Source: an uncultured Opitutaceae bacterium (GTDB taxonomy: Bacteria > Verrucomicrobiota > Verrucomicrobiia > Opitutales > Opitutaceae). From it: a DNA stretch of 43,886 nt. The notes under the pieces are model-generated. The model was given only the letters and a program-made list of their open reading frames with translations. It was not told the DNA's origin and did not search any database. Numbering within the stretch: position 1 is the first letter of the stretch; each line of letters starts with the position of its first letter. The DNA is taken from the NCBI GenBank assembly GCA_964551145.1, contig CAZKDK010000002.1, positions 1 through 43,886 on the forward strand, written 5' to 3'. Positions 41,601 through 43,886 of the stretch are shown piece by piece. The translations under genes were made by a program, and so were the position numbers.

Positions 41601-42591
41601 GATGGCTCCGCAGCCGCCGGACCTCGCTGCGGAAGCGCCCCCGGTCCTCGAGCCGGAACCGCCGGAGCAGCACGCCGCGCAGCAGGGCCAGTTCGCACTT
41701 GAGGAAGAGGCGCGGCCGGTAGACGGGGATGGGCCCGGCGTGCTCGTCGTGCCGGTCGAGGTGGAGCCGGCGGGCGGCGACCAGCTCGCGGATGCCGCCG
41801 GCCCGTTCGGCGAAGATCCTCAGGTTGACCGGACTGGGGGCGTCGGCGCGGATGTCGACCAGCCCGTAGTAGCCCGAGCGGACAGCGTTGGCGTGCTCGC
41901 GGTGTTCGGCGGCGACGTCGGCGCGGTCCTTCGGGTAGATCAGCCGGCTTTCCGTGGCGGTGCCGGCCGTGGCGTGCAGCCGCAGGATGTCGGTGCCGAT
42001 GCCGAAGGCCCAGCCGGTGACGCGGAACTTGTCATACTGGGCCTTGAGCCAGTAGCCGGGGTTCTCGACGTTGCCGTGGAATCCCCGGCTGCAGGGAACG
42101 TCGCTGTTGAAAAGCAGGACCTCGTCCAGCACGCGATCGGTCTCGGCGCAGAGGCGGACGAAAGAGGCGCGGTGGAAATGCCGGTAGAGATACTGGAGGG
42201 TCTCGAAGACAAGCTCGGTGCGCAGCCGGCGAAGGGGGCGCGGGGTGGGGGGCAGCGCCGCGGTGGCGAGCGGGGTTCGGAAGAACTCCCGCCATCCGCC
42301 GCCGGCCTCGAGGGTGTCGAGGGCCAGCTCGCGGGCGCCCGACCAGATGCGCACCTGCTGGCGGAATCCGTTGCGCCGCGCCGCAGGATCGCCGGCGAAC
42401 AGCGGCTGGATGTCCGGCCGGTCGAGTCCGTAGAGGCCGAGGAAGACGACGCCGTCGACCCGCGCGCGGAGGTCGAGGCATTCCCGGCCGGCGCCCGGAT
42501 AGAACCAGCCGGTGATCTCCATATCCGGCGACGCGGGCCTCCAGTCGAGGGGGTGGTCGACGTGGAAGGCGAAGGGGGCCGGCGCGGTCAT
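38623..42591 (-). CDS. Multidomain glycosyltransferase (1322 aa): N-terminal tandem module + GT2 (intact DDA/DxDD) + GT2 + GT4; paralog of 27334..31230
   Basis: Start is the ATG at 42591-42589 (MTAPAPFAFHVDHPLDW..ITGWF). GT2-1 has VSLLVPVHDT..LCIADDASP..VGLVDHDDLL..YTDEDKID. GT2-2 has VTVVIPTKNR..VVVVDDASDD..LHLNNDV..YNDVDYC. GT4 has LLFVTHNLKFEGAPILMFEQ..GSVCERKGQH..SFEESFPRVLLEAMAF. The gene ends 9 nt before the start of the next gene. Confidence 0.85.
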   Translation of the reverse strand: MTAPAPFAFHVDHPLDWRPASPDMEITGWFYPGAGRECLDLRARVDGVVFLGLYGLDRPDIQPLFAGDPAARRNGFRQQVRIWSGARELALDTLEAGGGWREFFRTPLATAALPPTPRPLRRLRTELVFETLQYLYRHFHRASFVRLCAETDRVLDEVLLFNSDVPCSRGFHGNVENPGYWLKAQYDKFRVTGWAFGIGTDILRLHATAGTATESRLIYPKDRADVAAEHREHANAVRSGYYGLVDIRADAPSPVNLRIFAERAGGIRELVAARRLHLDRHDEHAGPIPVYRPRLFLKCELALLRGVLLRRFRLEDRGRFRSEVRRLRSHLASTLGRDAPARLPPAVVRRRDEDPYARWVWHNRLTPRLTAALQAEARELAADAGPLVSLLVPVHDTSERHLRELLDSVRAQFYPRWELCIADDASPHAHVRRILEHAARDDPRIKPVFRAENGHIARATNSALDVATGSHVGLVDHDDLLPPDALLHVARAIRRRPDAGYFYTDEDKIDESGRRFDPQFKGGWSPEMALTHNFTHHLSVIRRELVERAGRLRPDFTGAQDIDLFLRCFELLGPDGVVHVPFIAYHWRAHPASTASRGDQKGYLFDAARRAVAEALARRGLRAAPFLPDFARRHALCLHQLRWDPAILRENPVTVVIPTKNRSDLLGKCLDALARTVPRESVRVVVVDDASDDPATIALLRALPARSDLACEVVTAPPAPGGFSYSRLVNLGSARAATPLLLHLNNDVEALAPGWLEDMAGWLSVPGVDVVGARLLYPDGRINHAGISLGTEDGLPHVLFEHEPADDLGYLFLPHAARNVAAVTGACLLTRTARYRELGGFDEGGLRVAYNDVDYCLRVQQRGGRVVYTPQATLQHAGSASRGARYTEKEHVAFLARHGGWRDPYLSGGMEFPPAAPRLNPHHHRQAGVERPLRLLFVTHNLKFEGAPILMFEQARHHARQAGVTVRVASLEEGPLRARYEALGIPVEIWDAAPLLRAEDPAPFAAALSAFAAGHRLDDADLVVANTLLCFWAVPLARLAGKPSLLYVYESSPVEKLFARAAVPPRLRGPAEEALRTATRVAFSARATLAVFEEHNGNDNFRIVRSSVDVAGLRRRREAADRAALRRQYGIPPDAPLAINVGSVCERKGQHIYIRAIDLLRKRYAADFPGRPAPRFLIVGAREGLYLETVQQDIALLGLDAVQVVPETGAIDDYFRMADLLVCTSFEESFPRVLLEAMAFGVRIVSTDVFGIPEMLTGNDEALFVPAGDPFKLCAALEQALAAHFAGDDAMPSMAYARVLRSFDADRLLPRHLALCREAALG

Positions 42592-42766
42592 CGAGACCGA
42601 TGTGCATAACTCGCCGGATGGCGGACAGTAAAGCCTCTTCCGGAACGCCCGCTGTCGTGACATGCCCCGGACGGCCCGCGGCCGGGCGCGCACGCGAGGG
42701 TGGGCCCCGCGAACCCGGGCAAAATAGAGGTTGGCAGTCTTGGGATTGTCTATTTGGGAGAATACC

Positions 42767-43886
42767 ATGCTGGCTTCCCCTGCCGCTACCCCCGACCGGC
42801 TCGAGCGGGCGATCGCGATCGCCATCGGCGTCCTGGCGCTGGGATTCCATGCGTGGGGAGTGTCGGTGGGCTGGCACAATGCGAGCCTGCCCGGCAACGA
42901 ATTCCGCCAGACCCAGACGGCGATCACGGCGCTCTTCGTCCAGCGCGACCGCGATTTCTCACTGGCTTATCCGACGCCGGTGCTCGGCAAGCCCTGGTCG
43001 ATCCCGTTCGAGTTTCCGCTCTACCAATGGACGGTGGTGGTCGTGAGCGACGTCACGGGGCTTTCGCTGATGCACGCCGGGCGCGCGGTGAGCATCGCCT
43101 GCTTCTACCTGGCGCTGCCGGCGATCTGGCTCCTGCTCGGCCGGCTGGGCCTGGCGCCCACCCGCCGCATGCTGGTGCTGGCGGCGGTCCTGACCTGTCC
43201 GCTCTACGTCTTCTATGCGCGCGCGTTCCTCATCGAGACCATGGCGCTGATGTTCAGCCTCTGGTTCCTGCAGGCGTACGTGGCGACGGTGGAGCGGCGC
43301 AGCTGGGGCTGGCTGGTGGTGGCGAACGTGGCGGGACTCGGGGCGGGGCTGGTCAAGGTGACGACGTTCATGCTCTACCTGATACCGGCGGGCGCATGGT
43401 CGCTCGCCTGGCTCTGGCAGGCGCGCCCGCGGCCCGGCGGGCCGGGCGGCGGCTGGTCGCCGCTGCGGTGGACAGCCGGCGGCTGGTCGCCGTTGCGGCG
43501 GACCGCCGTCTGGATCTCGGCCGCCACGGCCATCCCCTTTGCCGCCACCTATGGATGGATCCGTTTCGCCGACGCGGTCAAGATGCTCAACCCGTCCAGC
43601 CGCAACCTCACCTCGGCCGCGACGAACGCCTATAATTTCGGCACGTGGGACACGCGGTTCGCTTCCGTCATCTGGCGCCAGCACGGGGAGATTGTCTTCA
43701 GCGAGGTGATCTCCGCGACGGTGCTGGCCGTGATTGTCGCGCTCGGCCTGCTGTTCGCCGGGCGCTGGCGACGGTGGATCGCCTGGTGCGTCGGCCTGTT
43801 CATGGCCGTGCAGGTCAGGTTTCCGATCCTTTACGCCTGGCATGGTTACTACTACGTCGCCAACGCGGTGCTGCTGATGACGGCGG
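42767..43886 (+). CDS. Polytopic GT-C / ArnT-PMT-like membrane glycosyltransferase, N-terminal ~373 aa (continues past the window edge)
   Basis: Own translation from the ATG at 42767, preceded by GGAG (42757-42760): MLASPAATPDRLERAIAIAIGVLALGFHAWG..LPGNEFRQTQTAITALF..KPWSIPFEFPLYQWTVVVV..FLIETMALMFSLWFLQAY.. It has many TMs. It is divergent from the 38623..42591 gene. It is not in the ORF track because it runs off the edge. Confidence 0.75.
   Translation, partial: MLASPAATPDRLERAIAIAIGVLALGFHAWGVSVGWHNASLPGNEFRQTQTAITALFVQRDRDFSLAYPTPVLGKPWSIPFEFPLYQWTVVVVSDVTGLSLMHAGRAVSIACFYLALPAIWLLLGRLGLAPTRRMLVLAAVLTCPLYVFYARAFLIETMALMFSLWFLQAYVATVERRSWGWLVVANVAGLGAGLVKVTTFMLYLIPAGAWSLAWLWQARPRPGGPGGGWSPLRWTAGGWSPLRRTAVWISAATAIPFAATYGWIRFADAVKMLNPSSRNLTSAATNAYNFGTWDTRFASVIWRQHGEIVFSEVISATVLAVIVALGLLFAGRWRRWIAWCVGLFMAVQVRFPILYAWHGYYYVANAVLLMTA
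43448..43507 (+). repeat. In-frame 30-bp tandem duplication (2 units) inside the GT-C gene
   Basis: The units are ggcggctggtcgccgctgcggtggacagcc and ggcggctggtcgccgttgcggcggaccgcc. They encode GGWSPLRWTA and GGWSPLRRTA in a predicted loop. Confidence 0.8.

Noticed and set aside
36742-42609. 1955-aa plus-strand ORF, the longest in the track
   Set aside because: It is exactly antisense to the two glycosyltransferase genes 36367..38613 and 38623..42591, which carry clear GT2/GT4 motifs. Its translation is Arg/Gly/Ala/Asp/Glu/Pro low-complexity with no motifs. Long stop-free antisense frames are expected at ~70% GC.
42732-42750. TTGGCA..TTGTC upstream of the divergent GT-C gene, considered as a sigma-54 (-24/-12) or sigma-70 promoter
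   Set aside because: GG/GC spacing does not fit TGGCAC-N5-TTGC. TTGGCA to TATTTG spacing is only 14 nt. Only the GGAG ribosome-binding site at 42757-42760 is supported.
1-43886. Search for CRISPR arrays, tRNA/rRNA genes, transposases/integrases, toxin-antitoxin or defence-system genes
   Set aside because: I saw no direct-repeat/spacer arrays, no cloverleaf-like AT-richer islands, and no ORF with recombinase, nuclease, helicase or ATPase motifs. Every well-supported ORF belongs to envelope, glycan or signalling functions.

Overview
This is a very GC-rich bacterial chromosomal segment, by eye around 70% G+C (not computed). Stop codons are rare in such DNA, so most long ORFs in the six-frame track are shadow ORFs. 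The track also counts GTG and TTG as starts. I therefore re-derived starts from ATG positions, signal peptides and paralog alignments. I saw no tRNA, rRNA, CRISPR array, transposase or integrase.

Layout, left to right:
- 1-670 (-): 5' part of an SDR sugar epimerase/dehydratase.
- 979-4848 (-): giant secreted NHL / RCC1 / Ig-like repeat protein with a PEP-CTERM-like tail.
- 4899-5345 (-): carrier-protein-like gene with no partner enzymes in view.
- 5543-10560 (-): ECF sigma, FecR anti-sigma and STN-domain TonB-dependent transducer, a cell-surface signalling module.
- 10778-11839 (-): second tyvelose-epimerase-like SDR, with FxxxK where YxxxK is expected.
- 12510-43886: a ~31 kb, almost entirely minus-strand glycan-assembly locus, the main item of interest.

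The glycan locus contains:
- one polyprenyl-phosphate-type GT2;
- seven polytopic GT-C-like membrane proteins, three of which end in NPCBM-like beta-sandwich modules (1, 1 and 3 copies);
- four paralogous cytoplasmic glycosyltransferases that share an unrecognised N-terminal tandem module, in two architectures (N2+GT4 and N2+GT2+GT2+GT4);
- a SAM methyltransferase;
- an oppositely oriented tandem pair of sulfotransferase paralogs, one of which has lost its PAPS-binding residues.

No Wzx, Wzy, ABC exporter, initiating phosphoglycosyltransferase or GtrA-like flippase is visible in the window. The taxon guess (Verrucomicrobiota/Opitutales-like) is low-confidence inference from protein style only.
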